Positions 9,094 through 20,031 of a stretch of 64,000 nucleotides of DNA are shown in pieces. The stretch is from an uncultured virus (IMG/VR IMGVR_UViG_3300000302_000058). Lineage: Duplodnaviria; Heunggongvirae; Uroviricota; Caudoviricetes. The stretch's first letter is position 1; the number at the start of each line of letters is the position of its first letter. Both the position numbers and the translations under genes were made by a program. Under the pieces are notes generated by a model. It did no database searches. It saw only the letters and a program-made list of their open reading frames with translations, and was not told where the DNA came from. The DNA lies in IMG/VR virus record IMGVR_UViG_3300000302_000058; one strand, given 5' to 3'.

Positions 9094-11997
9094 ATAGCGG
9101 TAACACTTTCTTCAAGCTTATATCCGCCAATGTTTTCGAGCACTTTCGCTCCGGCTTTCGTGAACACGACAAGTCCGAGAATCTATTTCTCAATCTCTCC
9201 TTTTAATACAGCGGCGGATATTAGTCGAGTACATATCTCTTTAGTCAATCAGACAACCAACGAGAACGCTTTAACAGACGCTACGGGCATTCTTCTTTCT
9301 GAAGGATTGCAATATGATACACACGCAGGAATGTATTATGTCGTGATTCCAGTAGACCATGTAAAAAATGGTACCAACAGTACAGGTTGGAATTACAATC
9401 AGTTCTATAAACTGCAATTACGTTTTGATAGTTATGATGGCGACGGTGTATTAAATAATAGTGATTACTTTATTTCGCACCTCGCCTACTTTTCTGAGTG
9501 GTCAGAAATTCATCTTTTGCGGCCAATCCTTCAGCCGCAAGTCTTACTAAGAACTTTTGATACAACCGATGGTTCTGTAACTCCTGCTTTCAATTTAGGG
9601 TTAGTGCCAATTAGCGGCAAACTTTATTTTGGGAATGACAACTATTCAGATGAAACTGAAACGTTACAGTCATACTATATCGAGATTCTTACTCGTGAGA
9701 GTGAAGACTCGGTAATGACTAGTGAGATTGTTTATACTGGTGGTAATGTTGACCCAAACACTATCTCTTACAATCTTGATTTAACTAGTCTTAATACTGA
9801 TACAACCACAGAGTTTATTATGCGGTTGCATCTTACTACGTCAAACAATTATCAAATGACTGAAGATTATGATTTCGATATTGCCGATTATACAACTGAA
9901 GATACATGGGACCCGAATATCGTCGTTTCACTTGATAACGAAAATGGTATTGCTACAGTTCATGTAACGAATGTCAATGCCGTGTTTGGTACTGTTTATG
10001 TACGGCGTTCCTCTAGTGTCTCTGACTTTAAAGATTGGGAAAGTATTTGGGAAGAAATTACCGCTGGTACAACAGATATTACCATAGAAGATAATACAGT
10101 TGGTAGTGGCATCTGGTATCGTTATTCTGTGCAATTAGAGAATACCGCTGGTGCTATGACTCCGATTAGAATGAGCGATATTATTTTCCCAGATTTTTAT
10201 ACCGCAATTCTATCTCGTGGAGATAAGCAAATCGGCATACTCTATAACTATCAAATTTCCACTTACAAGCCTGTTGTCAATCGTCAGAAGATGGATACTA
10301 TCGGCGGCAAATATCCTAAGTTTGCGGAGAACGCTGCGATGAACTATATTCAGTTCTCTATTTCTGGCATGATTTCCGCACAAGAGGACGAGAATAATCT
10401 CTTTATGAACGAAGAAGATTACTATGGAGATATGTATCAGAACTATACCATTTATAATGATAACAATGGTATTAATGAAAATTATAATTATCTGTGGGAG
10501 CGTGCTTTCCGTCAAGAGTTGGTTAAATGGTTAAATGATGGTGAACCAAAACTTTACCGTTCTAAGACAGAAGGTTTAATGGTCGTTATGTTGACCGATA
10601 TCAACTTAACACCAAATAAGACTTTAAGCCGCAGACTTTACGATTTCTCGGCTACGGTTTATGAGATTCAAGATGGTAATTCACTTGAACTTCTTGATTC
10701 TCTTGGAATATATGACGTTCATTATAAAGATGAAAATAAACAGATTTCTGGTGGCGGCGATGAACCAATAGCGCCAGAGTATGTTGAAGTTCAAAAGCTT
10801 GGACAGCTCTATTCTGAAACCGTCAGTGATATGGTATCTGGCCGCACAGATGTTGTAGCTAATACTATTATGGCACGTTTGATTCAAAGATATGGCGGCG
10901 TTCAGTCTGATAAAGACCCCGCAGAGGGATATCTAAAGAACGTTAAGATTTGGTTTGAATCTAAGCCGCACATGTTTATTCAAACAGCAGGTGGATTACA
11001 ACTTGTAACTGATATATCTCAATACTCAGAAGAAGAACGTCAGCGTATCCAACTTGGATATAGTTTTGAGGTTAATAACCAAGGAACTGCACCAACTGAT
11101 ACTTTGGTGTTCTTCGTAGGCGAAATGGGATACTATCAAATCCCAGATTCTATTGATGTAACTTCTTTATTCTTCCCGCAGTCTGATGACATTGTTACTG
11201 TCGAGTATCTTTTGGATTACAAAGAAAAGAATTCTAGTGGTAGCGTTATCGCTGGTACTTCTGTTCAGCGTACACTTGTGGGGCAAGAACAAGGAGTGTT
11301 TCAGCCTTATCAATATCTTGGAGAATCCATTCGTCGCAAATATTCTTTTGTCGCTACCGATGATTATTACCAACAGATGCAATGGTGGAGAGGTATTTGT
11401 CTTGACGTTGACCCGTTCGCTATGGTAAATATTGAATATTATAACGAGACAGAGTATCATACTTACGAAGTTGGCGATACTGGTGTGCTACATATGTTAC
11501 GTGATACTGACGTACAAGATATGTGTTTCATTGGTAAACGTATGCACATTGTAGACGCTTCTCGTCAACCATTCTTGGAAAATTGGGAATGTGTACTTGA
11601 TGAAAGTACTCAAGGTGGAGGAGCTGGTACCCAAGCTTCTACTTGGCAAATGATACCGAACGTTGATACAAAAGACCCAGTTACTATAACATTTGACGAT
11701 AATAACCCTATTACGATTCTTCAAGAACGTTGGAATACTTTAGTTGATACGCAGTCTATTACCGCTACAAATAACGGGGTTTCTGCAAGCGTTAATGAAA
11801 CTATTACAGAAAGCGTAAAGAATCCAAAGTTTAATACCATTTATAAAATCAATGGTGAAAATTATATTTACTATGTAAATAGCGAGTGGTATCCAATTGA
11901 ATTTGATAATGAAGTTGAGAATACTATTATTGCGGCGGTGCCTATTGAAGGTATTATTTCTTATTACGGTAACGTAATCCGCAATAGTTATAACTAG
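9094..11997 (+). CDS. Tail/baseplate structural protein (probable ATA start at 9094)
   Basis: 955-aa ORF extends in frame to an ATA 6 nt after GGAGGGG; Ig/FN3-like stretch; tail operon context. Confidence 0.65.
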   Translation: MAVTLSSSLYPPMFSSTFAPAFVNTTSPRIYFSISPFNTAADISRVHISLVNQTTNENALTDATGILLSEGLQYDTHAGMYYVVIPVDHVKNGTNSTGWNYNQFYKLQLRFDSYDGDGVLNNSDYFISHLAYFSEWSEIHLLRPILQPQVLLRTFDTTDGSVTPAFNLGLVPISGKLYFGNDNYSDETETLQSYYIEILTRESEDSVMTSEIVYTGGNVDPNTISYNLDLTSLNTDTTTEFIMRLHLTTSNNYQMTEDYDFDIADYTTEDTWDPNIVVSLDNENGIATVHVTNVNAVFGTVYVRRSSSVSDFKDWESIWEEITAGTTDITIEDNTVGSGIWYRYSVQLENTAGAMTPIRMSDIIFPDFYTAILSRGDKQIGILYNYQISTYKPVVNRQKMDTIGGKYPKFAENAAMNYIQFSISGMISAQEDENNLFMNEEDYYGDMYQNYTIYNDNNGINENYNYLWERAFRQELVKWLNDGEPKLYRSKTEGLMVVMLTDINLTPNKTLSRRLYDFSATVYEIQDGNSLELLDSLGIYDVHYKDENKQISGGGDEPIAPEYVEVQKLGQLYSETVSDMVSGRTDVVANTIMARLIQRYGGVQSDKDPAEGYLKNVKIWFESKPHMFIQTAGGLQLVTDISQYSEEERQRIQLGYSFEVNNQGTAPTDTLVFFVGEMGYYQIPDSIDVTSLFFPQSDDIVTVEYLLDYKEKNSSGSVIAGTSVQRTLVGQEQGVFQPYQYLGESIRRKYSFVATDDYYQQMQWWRGICLDVDPFAMVNIEYYNETEYHTYEVGDTGVLHMLRDTDVQDMCFIGKRMHIVDASRQPFLENWECVLDESTQGGGAGTQASTWQMIPNVDTKDPVTITFDDNNPITILQERWNTLVDTQSITATNNGVSASVNETITESVKNPKFNTIYKINGENYIYYVNSEWYPIEFDNEVENTIIAAVPIEGIISYYGNVIRNSYN

Positions 11998-12015
11998 AGA
12001 TTCGGAGGTGATTGA

Positions 12016-14112
12016 GTGAGAAAATTCTATCCTTATCTTCGGGACAGTTATCACGAGACTGAAGAAAAAGGGCTTACTCGACGCGAGTTTCTAGCGCAGC
12101 TTGATGATATAATCAATCAGAAACGTTATGCTAAGCTTACTTTGTTAAACTGGAAAGAAGAGCCGTTGAAAGAGATTCAAGGAGAGATTGTAAGTGGCTC
12201 TCTCTCCAAAGACGGCTCTTCTGCCGTTCGAGTTACCGGCAATTTAACAACGGCGGTTGATGCTGGTTCATACAGTGTTGAAGATGCTAATATGGACTTT
12301 GCTATCAACAAAAAGATATTTATTGAAGTAGGTATTAGAAACGACACTAAGCAATATAAAGATTACCCTATTCTATGGTTTCCACAAGGAGTATTCTTTA
12401 TTAAAAGCTTTGCTTGTAACTCTTCATCTACCACTGCTTTAAATATCTCTTTGACGATAAACGATAAAATGTCAATGTTAAATGGTGATGCAGGTGGAAG
12501 ATTCCCATCTACTATTATTCTAGATGAACAAGACACTCAGACTGAAACCGGAGAATATGCCACAGAGAAGGTATTGGTCTACAACATCATTCAAGAGGTA
12601 GTGCATCACTGGGGCGGTGAAGATTTAAACAACATCGTTATTGAAGACGTTCCAACAAGAATTAAACGTATTATGCGTTGGAATGGCGACACGCCGTTAT
12701 ATCTCGTATCTAACGGAGGCCAAGCAGAAGCGGGTACTCTGTCTTACGAACCGACTACTATTTTACCAACAGAAGGTCGCTATCTTCAAATCAACAACGG
12801 TGATGATGCTGGATATATTTATGATGATTTTGTTTACGACAAAGAACTAACTATGAACGCAGGGCAAACTGTCGTTGATGCTCTTGAAGCAATTAAGCAG
12901 TATCTTGGTAACTTTGAATACTTCTACGATGCTTTTGGTATATTTCACTTTAGAGAGATAAAGAATTATCTTAATACCACTCAAGGAAAGATTGTTCTTG
13001 ACGATATGACAGAGAACGATTATATGGTAGACAGAGCAATTCCAAAAGAGGTTTACACTTTCTCTGATACAAGTAATCTTCTTAGCATCAATGTAAACCC
13101 GCAATACAGCAGTATTAAAAATGACTTTATCGTTCACGGTACAAGGAAAGGCACGAGTAGTGATATTGCTTACGATGTATTCTATCATCTAGCTATTGAT
13201 AGTAAACCGAACGTCGGTAATATCTATACTAACCTTTTACTTTATCGTGAGCTTGATACGGATTTGCTTTGTGGCATTTTTCCAATAGTCGTTCAAGAAT
13301 TGCCGGAATATGGCGAATTCAACAGTGTCTATAAAGTCGGAGATAAGGCTTATATGTGGGACGATGATAATTCTTGGAAAGAACTTAAAGTCGAAGGATA
13401 TTATACTGCGGCCAGTCCTTATATCACTAAAGATTGGCGTACAGAGCTTTATCTAAAGGGTATGCAAGCTTTGGCTAACAACAGCATTGATAGAGGGTAT
13501 TATTTCGAGGAATTGCGGGCGTTTTGGCCGCAAATCTATGACCTAAAGAATCAACAGTTCTGGGGCGAGGCAGAGGATTCTAGTATTCAAGCCAGAGTGC
13601 TTACAGATGGTAACTACTATCTTGATTTTATTGATTCTGCTGGCCCTCTTGGAAAATATGGTGTTTCTAACATCGGCAGACGCACAGATGTAGTAGTCAA
13701 CGAAGATGTTAACTGTCTATTTGAACCAGAAGTGCCTAATATTGTATTTCTTAATCTTGACCTAAATGATTCTGACCCAGACAAGCTTGCTGAGCTGCGA
13801 GACGAATGCCAAAACTCTGGTCAGCCTTGGGCACAAACTCCCGGAGAGATATTCAAAGCTTTCACAACTGGTGGCTATCATAATGGAGCTTACGATTATA
13901 TTTGCTCGGAGCTTTATACTCACACAACGTATCAAACAACTATTTCTATAACCGCTATTCCTAACTATTGGATTGAACCTAATTCAAGAATTAGAACTGC
14001 GGATAATGCTACTAAGACTTTTGGTAATTATATGATTCAAAATATTAGTCTTCCATTAGATGTTGGTAGTGTTATGTCTGTTACAGCTAACGAGTGTGTT
14101 ATCCAACGATAA
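12016..14112 (+). CDS. Baseplate hub / tail protein
   Basis: 698 aa; FEYFYDAFGIFHF and IKNDFIVHG segments resemble phage hub proteins; SD ggaggtg. Confidence 0.55.
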   Translation: MRKFYPYLRDSYHETEEKGLTRREFLAQLDDIINQKRYAKLTLLNWKEEPLKEIQGEIVSGSLSKDGSSAVRVTGNLTTAVDAGSYSVEDANMDFAINKKIFIEVGIRNDTKQYKDYPILWFPQGVFFIKSFACNSSSTTALNISLTINDKMSMLNGDAGGRFPSTIILDEQDTQTETGEYATEKVLVYNIIQEVVHHWGGEDLNNIVIEDVPTRIKRIMRWNGDTPLYLVSNGGQAEAGTLSYEPTTILPTEGRYLQINNGDDAGYIYDDFVYDKELTMNAGQTVVDALEAIKQYLGNFEYFYDAFGIFHFREIKNYLNTTQGKIVLDDMTENDYMVDRAIPKEVYTFSDTSNLLSINVNPQYSSIKNDFIVHGTRKGTSSDIAYDVFYHLAIDSKPNVGNIYTNLLLYRELDTDLLCGIFPIVVQELPEYGEFNSVYKVGDKAYMWDDDNSWKELKVEGYYTAASPYITKDWRTELYLKGMQALANNSIDRGYYFEELRAFWPQIYDLKNQQFWGEAEDSSIQARVLTDGNYYLDFIDSAGPLGKYGVSNIGRRTDVVVNEDVNCLFEPEVPNIVFLNLDLNDSDPDKLAELRDECQNSGQPWAQTPGEIFKAFTTGGYHNGAYDYICSELYTHTTYQTTISITAIPNYWIEPNSRIRTADNATKTFGNYMIQNISLPLDVGSVMSVTANECVIQR

Positions 14113-14122
14113 CTAAAACTAT

Positions 14123-14159
14123 GCGGGCAAGGTTTAATAAAAACCTGCCCGCTTTTTTT
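14123..14159 (+). terminator. Terminator hairpin overlapping the phage promoter motif
   Basis: gcgggcaaggttt / aaacctgcccgc plus T7. Confidence 0.75.
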
Positions 14160-14211
14160 AGTATATATAGATTGTGTTCATTTTGAATTTGAGATAAAAG
14201 GAGGTATAAGA

Positions 14212-15141
14212 ATGCCGAATGTTATCGGCCAATACAGGTTCCGAGGTACTGGCACTTGTGTGACAGAAGTAGCTTCTTCTAAAAGCTATAAGCCAATTTC
14301 TATGACTGGCAGCACGGGAACAGATAATACCTCTTTCCAAGATGTGCGTATCAATACAACAAGTCCACTGATTCGTGACACTGATTACTATTTATATGTA
14401 AAGATTCCACAAGATATGAACTATAATCTTACGTTCAACATTAAGCTTACAAAGCAAGAACAGCAGGGCGGCACAGAGGAATATCAATTCTTGAAACAGA
14501 TTACGATTCCTCGTGGTGGTGATGCCACTAATACTTATAACGTGGTTTTGTACGAACAGTCAACTGGCGAAGTTAATGCCATGATTCCGCGTATTTATCA
14601 ACAAGGTGCTCAGAATATTCTAGATGATATCTATTATGATGCTGTGAATGGAAGATACTATCTCGGCAACGGCAACACCACATATACCGAGACGCAGAAT
14701 TATAACGATATCGTAATGACCGCAAGTTGGATTCATCAAGCTGGTGATTATTATGGTTACGCAGAAATGGTATTTCGCCCAGTAGAAGATAACTTCTCAG
14801 AGATTACCATTGAAATGGTTCGTACCGCAGAAGACTATAATATTCAAGGCGTCGGTTCAGGCGGCGAAATTATCTATGGTCGCTATATTCCACTAGACAG
14901 CTTCGAATATACATTATATACATTGACCAATCTTGTCAATGATATTAACCCTAATGGTTCGCTTGACCGTGTTGGTGTCTGGTCACACCCCGGTCTTTTA
15001 ATGGCCGTCAACGGCGAAGAAATTCGTGTTGGCAAGAGCGGACTTTGGGAGATTGACGGCATACTTCCTATCGAGTCTCTTGGAATAGTTGCTGTTGATT
15101 ATAAAGACCAGTTTACTATTGACTTCATGTATGAGAATTAG
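14212..15141 (+). CDS. Structural protein (hypothetical)
   Basis: 309 aa, SD aaggaggt, tail module. Confidence 0.7.
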   Translation: MPNVIGQYRFRGTGTCVTEVASSKSYKPISMTGSTGTDNTSFQDVRINTTSPLIRDTDYYLYVKIPQDMNYNLTFNIKLTKQEQQGGTEEYQFLKQITIPRGGDATNTYNVVLYEQSTGEVNAMIPRIYQQGAQNILDDIYYDAVNGRYYLGNGNTTYTETQNYNDIVMTASWIHQAGDYYGYAEMVFRPVEDNFSEITIEMVRTAEDYNIQGVGSGGEIIYGRYIPLDSFEYTLYTLTNLVNDINPNGSLDRVGVWSHPGLLMAVNGEEIRVGKSGLWEIDGILPIESLGIVAVDYKDQFTIDFMYEN

Positions 15142-15162
15142 AATCGAAAGGAGATAAAAGGA

Positions 15163-15951
15163 ATGGCTCGTAGAATAGAGCATTATCCCGGTGAAATTTT
15201 AAATTCAATCGGTTCTATTTTTATTAAAGACGTAGAAACTCCAAAAGGGCAAGTAGGTCGTTTTGCTTTAGTTGAGTGTGGAAAATGTCATAAACCTCAT
15301 ATTCAAAAACTTTGCAATGTTATAAATGGCAACCATGCTTGTTATGAGTGTGGATTAGAGAAGAACAAACAAAACATACAAGAAAAAATAGCTAACCATT
15401 ATCATTATGGTGATATACTCAATGAAAAAACTGGCTCTGTTTTTATTGCAGAAGTTTCGCATGAGGGATATGCTAGACGCAGGGCGATTGTACAATGTGG
15501 CCGCTGTGGTACTATTTATGAAGCCCCTATTTCAAACGTGGTTAATGGAGCATATTGTTTAAAGTGTTCTGATTGCCATAATTCTAATGCTTCTCGGACA
15601 GTAGAAAAAATTTTAAAAGATAATAATATTCCTTATAAAAGAGAGTACACTTTTAAAGATTTAATTGTAGACAAAAAAAGACGATTACGATTTGATTTTG
15701 CGGTTTTTCTTGAAAGCGATTATATTTTATTGATTGAAGTAGATGGTCAACAGCATTTTGAACCTGTTGAATATTGGGGTGGAGAAGAAGCGTTTGCTCG
15801 TCTACAAATAAACGACCAACGAAAAAATACTTATGTAAATGAACATAGTAATCTTTTTCTTGTACGTATTCCATATACCGATTTCGATAATATTAATGAA
15901 AAGTTTATAATGGATATATATAAAAAATATCAACAATTAGTTGAGAATTAA
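15163..15951 (+). CDS. Free-standing putative homing endonuclease (Zn-ribbon repeats + DUF559/Vsr-like nuclease)
   Basis: Repeated CxxC motifs; LRFDF...LIEVDGQQHF...DQRKN...LVRIPY; more AT-rich than neighbours. Confidence 0.7.
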   Translation: MARRIEHYPGEILNSIGSIFIKDVETPKGQVGRFALVECGKCHKPHIQKLCNVINGNHACYECGLEKNKQNIQEKIANHYHYGDILNEKTGSVFIAEVSHEGYARRRAIVQCGRCGTIYEAPISNVVNGAYCLKCSDCHNSNASRTVEKILKDNNIPYKREYTFKDLIVDKKRRLRFDFAVFLESDYILLIEVDGQQHFEPVEYWGGEEAFARLQINDQRKNTYVNEHSNLFLVRIPYTDFDNINEKFIMDIYKKYQQLVEN

Positions 15952-15965
15952 GGAGGTGAAGGATT

Positions 15966-18200
15966 TTGGATTCGTTTTACGGCGGTAAGAGCGGCCTAAG
16001 CTTCGTGCTTAAGGGGCGCTTTGATTCTATTAGCGATATGGCTCAAGCCTTTAAACGTGGTGATTCATATCGTGATATTTGGTATAATGAGTTTTGTATA
16101 ATTGATACCCCCAACAAGAATAATGTTGATAACGGTAAGATTTATCAGCGTGGTCTTGACTATACTAATGATATGGGTGGAGCTGTTTATAAAGGCCAAA
16201 TCGTAGGACCAATGTCCGGTACACCTTTCATGCAGATGAATACCATCCAAGAGGTAAAGAATCAGTCCACTAAGGCCATCCCAGAAGATTGGGAGCGAGT
16301 TTATCCAACAGGATACGACACAGATGGTGAAGGTCATGTTATTGGTTACAAGACAACTCTAGATGCAGGAGAAGAAAAGAAGCCAATTGCTACGTTCCCG
16401 TTCAGTAAGGCCCACGATACTTCTCTAGTTCCCGGTAAGAGTGAGGATGGTACGTTCGTAGACGAGATTACTTGGACTTGGTGCAATATCCGCACCCCAG
16501 ATGGTAATAAAAGTTCTTTGTATTACGTCGGTTTTACTATTCCATATATGGTTGTTGAATATGATACTCACGTAGTATCTCAGTACAATAGTGCGGGAAA
16601 TTACCAAGCTGATACGACAACCGTCGAACGTACCGATGACCGCACGCACCCGTTCTTCACCTCTTGGGACTTTGGTATTCCAAAAGGCATCAAAGGTGAT
16701 GCTATTCGCAATCTTCGTGTAATCGTCCCTACAAGCGGTGACACTATTTACGCTCCTAGTGCGATTACAGTAGACACAGAGACAGGTCTTGTCTCTCTTG
16801 GGGCGGCTGGGTATACCGGACAAGCAGATGATATCGCGGCTGGCCGCAAGATTTTAGTCTTTGATATGTACTATTATGACGGTCAAATTAACCCAGACCC
16901 TGTAATGATTTATGTGGGTGACTTTAATAAGATTGATGAAATCACGCTTGCGGACGATGGTACTCTAACTGTTGATTTCTCTCACGATAACAACACAGTT
17001 TTTAGCCGCAAGATTAAGTGGATTACGAGCACTACGCTTTCTCCTGATACAGGTGTGTTCGTAGTCAACTATAACAACGGTGACCCAGCGTTTACGACAA
17101 CCCTTGACTGGATTAAGCGAATTGAACTTGATGAAGATGGCACCATTCATTATTGGCATACACAAGACAATCGAGACGAATCTTATAATAACGTCATTAA
17201 GTGGGTAACTGATGTTGAATTGAATCCGACAACTGGTCTGTTTACGATGAACTTCAACTATGGTGCACCGCTAACACGTCAGCTTGATTGGGTTGATGAT
17301 ATTTACATTGACGAAGATACTGGTGAAATTACCTTACATCACGTCAATGCTGCTATTGGAGAAGATGGTGAAGTTACTCTTCCCGCAAAATTGAAGTTAA
17401 TCACAAGTGCAGATGTTTCTAGTGATGGTGTCGTTACAATGTACACTAACACTGGTAACTCTATTAAGCTAAAGCAACAAAGCTCTGACGAAGATTATCA
17501 TATCAAGGTTATCGAGAACGTACTTCTTAACACCGCACTTGCAGATGATAAGAGAATTCAAGTTAAATATAATACCGAGCGTACTAATACTTACATCGGT
17601 GACCCAATTAACTATGTTCATGACATGGTTGTGCGGCCAGAGGATTTCCATTTACTCGTTCTTTTCAATGACCCAACCCATCGTGCTACCGCAGGTGATT
17701 TGGATGGCAGTGGCAAAGACGAAAATGGTATTACTTGGGTACAAGGCGTTACTGGTTCCGATGGAATCCAGACAGCAAATGGTATCTATTGGAGAGATTA
17801 CGGTACTATTAAAGACCAAGCCGGTGTTTTAATTGGTTTCAATCTTACTCAGGCGGATATTGGTGAAGATACAGATATTCTTAATTATTTGAACGAACAT
17901 TATCCAAATGGTTTAACCGAAGGTTCTACCAAACAGAAGATTGTAACTTTCTCTCCGACCATAGATGATTCTAAGGATTTCTATGCCTTTGATTATAATT
18001 CTTACACTTGGTTTTATCTAGGAACAATTTCTGATACTGGTAGCCGCGACGTTATGTTAAAGACGCAAGGGCAAATTTCTGATACAGATTTACGTAACCT
18101 TAATACTAACGGTTTGCTATTTAAAGTTGTCCCTACTTCTGGATTAAAAACAGATGCTATTCCAGAGTATTGGGGTCGAGATTATAGCGCTTGGCAGTAG
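15966..18200 (+). CDS. Baseplate/tail structural protein with ~30-aa internal repeats
   Basis: 744 aa; repeated (I/L)(K/D)W(I/V)...(D/T)G units in the middle. Confidence 0.65.
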   Translation: MDSFYGGKSGLSFVLKGRFDSISDMAQAFKRGDSYRDIWYNEFCIIDTPNKNNVDNGKIYQRGLDYTNDMGGAVYKGQIVGPMSGTPFMQMNTIQEVKNQSTKAIPEDWERVYPTGYDTDGEGHVIGYKTTLDAGEEKKPIATFPFSKAHDTSLVPGKSEDGTFVDEITWTWCNIRTPDGNKSSLYYVGFTIPYMVVEYDTHVVSQYNSAGNYQADTTTVERTDDRTHPFFTSWDFGIPKGIKGDAIRNLRVIVPTSGDTIYAPSAITVDTETGLVSLGAAGYTGQADDIAAGRKILVFDMYYYDGQINPDPVMIYVGDFNKIDEITLADDGTLTVDFSHDNNTVFSRKIKWITSTTLSPDTGVFVVNYNNGDPAFTTTLDWIKRIELDEDGTIHYWHTQDNRDESYNNVIKWVTDVELNPTTGLFTMNFNYGAPLTRQLDWVDDIYIDEDTGEITLHHVNAAIGEDGEVTLPAKLKLITSADVSSDGVVTMYTNTGNSIKLKQQSSDEDYHIKVIENVLLNTALADDKRIQVKYNTERTNTYIGDPINYVHDMVVRPEDFHLLVLFNDPTHRATAGDLDGSGKDENGITWVQGVTGSDGIQTANGIYWRDYGTIKDQAGVLIGFNLTQADIGEDTDILNYLNEHYPNGLTEGSTKQKIVTFSPTIDDSKDFYAFDYNSYTWFYLGTISDTGSRDVMLKTQGQISDTDLRNLNTNGLLFKVVPTSGLKTDAIPEYWGRDYSAWQ

Positions 18201-18210
18201 GTGATAGTCG

Positions 18211-18510
18211 ATGAAACTGATTCAATATACAGGACCATTTTCCGCAGGACAGACTATCACCATTCCTGCTCAGATTGATTATAGTTATATACATATTGGA
18301 TTCCAAGTTCCCAAGAGACAACCGATTGAGCTGATTGACTCTGTAGCGTTACCGATTGACTTTACTTTGAACGATGTTGGTTACAGAGTCAACAACACGG
18401 GGATTTTGGAGTTCGATGAAACGGCAGAGTCCGCGATAGAAATTAGAATAGAGCGTGACTTGCCTTGGGAAAGTATAATTGACATTGCCTACAATGTTGC
18501 GAGTCAGTAA
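18211..18510 (+). CDS. Hypothetical structural protein
   Basis: 99 aa, SD aggtga, operonic. Confidence 0.65.
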   Translation: MKLIQYTGPFSAGQTITIPAQIDYSYIHIGFQVPKRQPIELIDSVALPIDFTLNDVGYRVNNTGILEFDETAESAIEIRIERDLPWESIIDIAYNVASQ

Positions 18511-18530
18511 GAAAGGGGAGATAAAAGGAA

Positions 18531-19973
18531 ATGCCAAATGGTGAAGACAAACGATTAAACTTTACATTCAAGATTTGGGATGCACAAGCTAACGCTTATC
18601 GTCCTGTTTATATTGCCCCTGATGGTACTGATACAGTACAGGGTGATGTTAAACTTTCTGATGCTACCAATAGCACGTTGAATGCGGCCAGCGGTATGAC
18701 AGCCGCAACGCCAGCAGCAGTAAAGGCGGTTCAGGATAGCGCCAATAACAAGTTAGACAAGACCACAGGCGCTACTCAGACTGTGGCTAGTGCGGTAACG
18801 TTTAATAATGCTATAACCGCCCAGCGAGGGGTTACAGTACCTACTGGGCAGTTCTTTACAGGTAATCTTAGCGGCAATGCTACGACAGCTACAACGCTTC
18901 AGACAAGCCGCCAGATTTCAGTAAAGATTGGAAACGGCACAGCTGGTACTGCTAATTTTAATGGTGGCGCTAATGCGGCAATTACCATTCCGCAGGTCGA
19001 TGCCTCTGTGATTACAACTGGCACGCTTCCTCTTTCCGTTTTGCCGCAAGGAGCATTGGAGAGATTGGTCAAGGTAGCTGACGAAGAGGCTCGTTTTGAT
19101 TTGACAACAGATGATGTTCAACTTGGCGATAGCGTTCTTCAGATTAATACTGATACAATGTATATCGTTATCGACACAGCACAACTAAATAATGATGCTG
19201 GCTACGAAGAATACGCAGCTGGAACAGCGGTTTTAGCTGAGACGGCAGAAAAAGTGCAACATCAACTTACCGTTCAAAAGAATGGAGAAACACAGTTTGT
19301 CTACGATGGTTCCGTGGCTAGAACGATTAATATCGCTTCTAGCTTTGCGGACTTGACCGGACAAATCGCCGCAAATCAGATTCCTGATGGTATTATAACA
19401 GATACTAAATTAGGAGTCAATTATGCTGGTTCGTCTTCTAAGGGCGGAGCCGCTACAAGTGCTAATAGGTTAACTACTGCCCGAGAGATTGAATTTACAG
19501 GGGTCGTAACAGGCAGCACTAGTTTTGACGGCACAACCGATGTTTCTGTTACCACTGCTATTGGAAACGGAGCCATTACAACCGGCATGATAGCAGATAA
19601 CGCTATTACTACAGATAAATTATCCAACAATTCAGTCACGAGTGCTAAAATCGTAGACGGCACAATCGTAGCAAGTGATATCGCTGATGCTACCATCACA
19701 GGTGCTAAATTAGTTAACTCAACGATTACAGGTGGTAAGATTGCGGCTAACACCATTACTGCCACCAATATAGCTAATAATACGATTACAAATGCGAAAA
19801 TGGCCGCAAACAGCATTAGTTCTAATAATATTATTGATGGGACTATTGTTGGAGCCGATATCGCCGCAGATACTATCACCTTAAATAAATTGAATCCTGA
19901 AGTAGGAACTGTTGCTGTGCAAACAACTCAGCCAACAGAAGACAATGTTCGAATTTGGGTGCAACTTGACTAA
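18531..19973 (+). CDS. Tail fibre protein
   Basis: GDVKLSDATNS...AATPAAVK phage fibre repeat; tandem 10-aa ITxxKIAxxT repeats; C-terminal VGTVAVQTTQP...IWVQ. Confidence 0.8.
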   Translation: MPNGEDKRLNFTFKIWDAQANAYRPVYIAPDGTDTVQGDVKLSDATNSTLNAASGMTAATPAAVKAVQDSANNKLDKTTGATQTVASAVTFNNAITAQRGVTVPTGQFFTGNLSGNATTATTLQTSRQISVKIGNGTAGTANFNGGANAAITIPQVDASVITTGTLPLSVLPQGALERLVKVADEEARFDLTTDDVQLGDSVLQINTDTMYIVIDTAQLNNDAGYEEYAAGTAVLAETAEKVQHQLTVQKNGETQFVYDGSVARTINIASSFADLTGQIAANQIPDGIITDTKLGVNYAGSSSKGGAATSANRLTTAREIEFTGVVTGSTSFDGTTDVSVTTAIGNGAITTGMIADNAITTDKLSNNSVTSAKIVDGTIVASDIADATITGAKLVNSTITGGKIAANTITATNIANNTITNAKMAANSISSNNIIDGTIVGADIAADTITLNKLNPEVGTVAVQTTQPTEDNVRIWVQLD

Positions 19974-20031
19974 ATTTTTGGGTAAAAGATAAAAGTAATA
20001 AACATTTTTGAGCGAAAGGACGATTATACAT

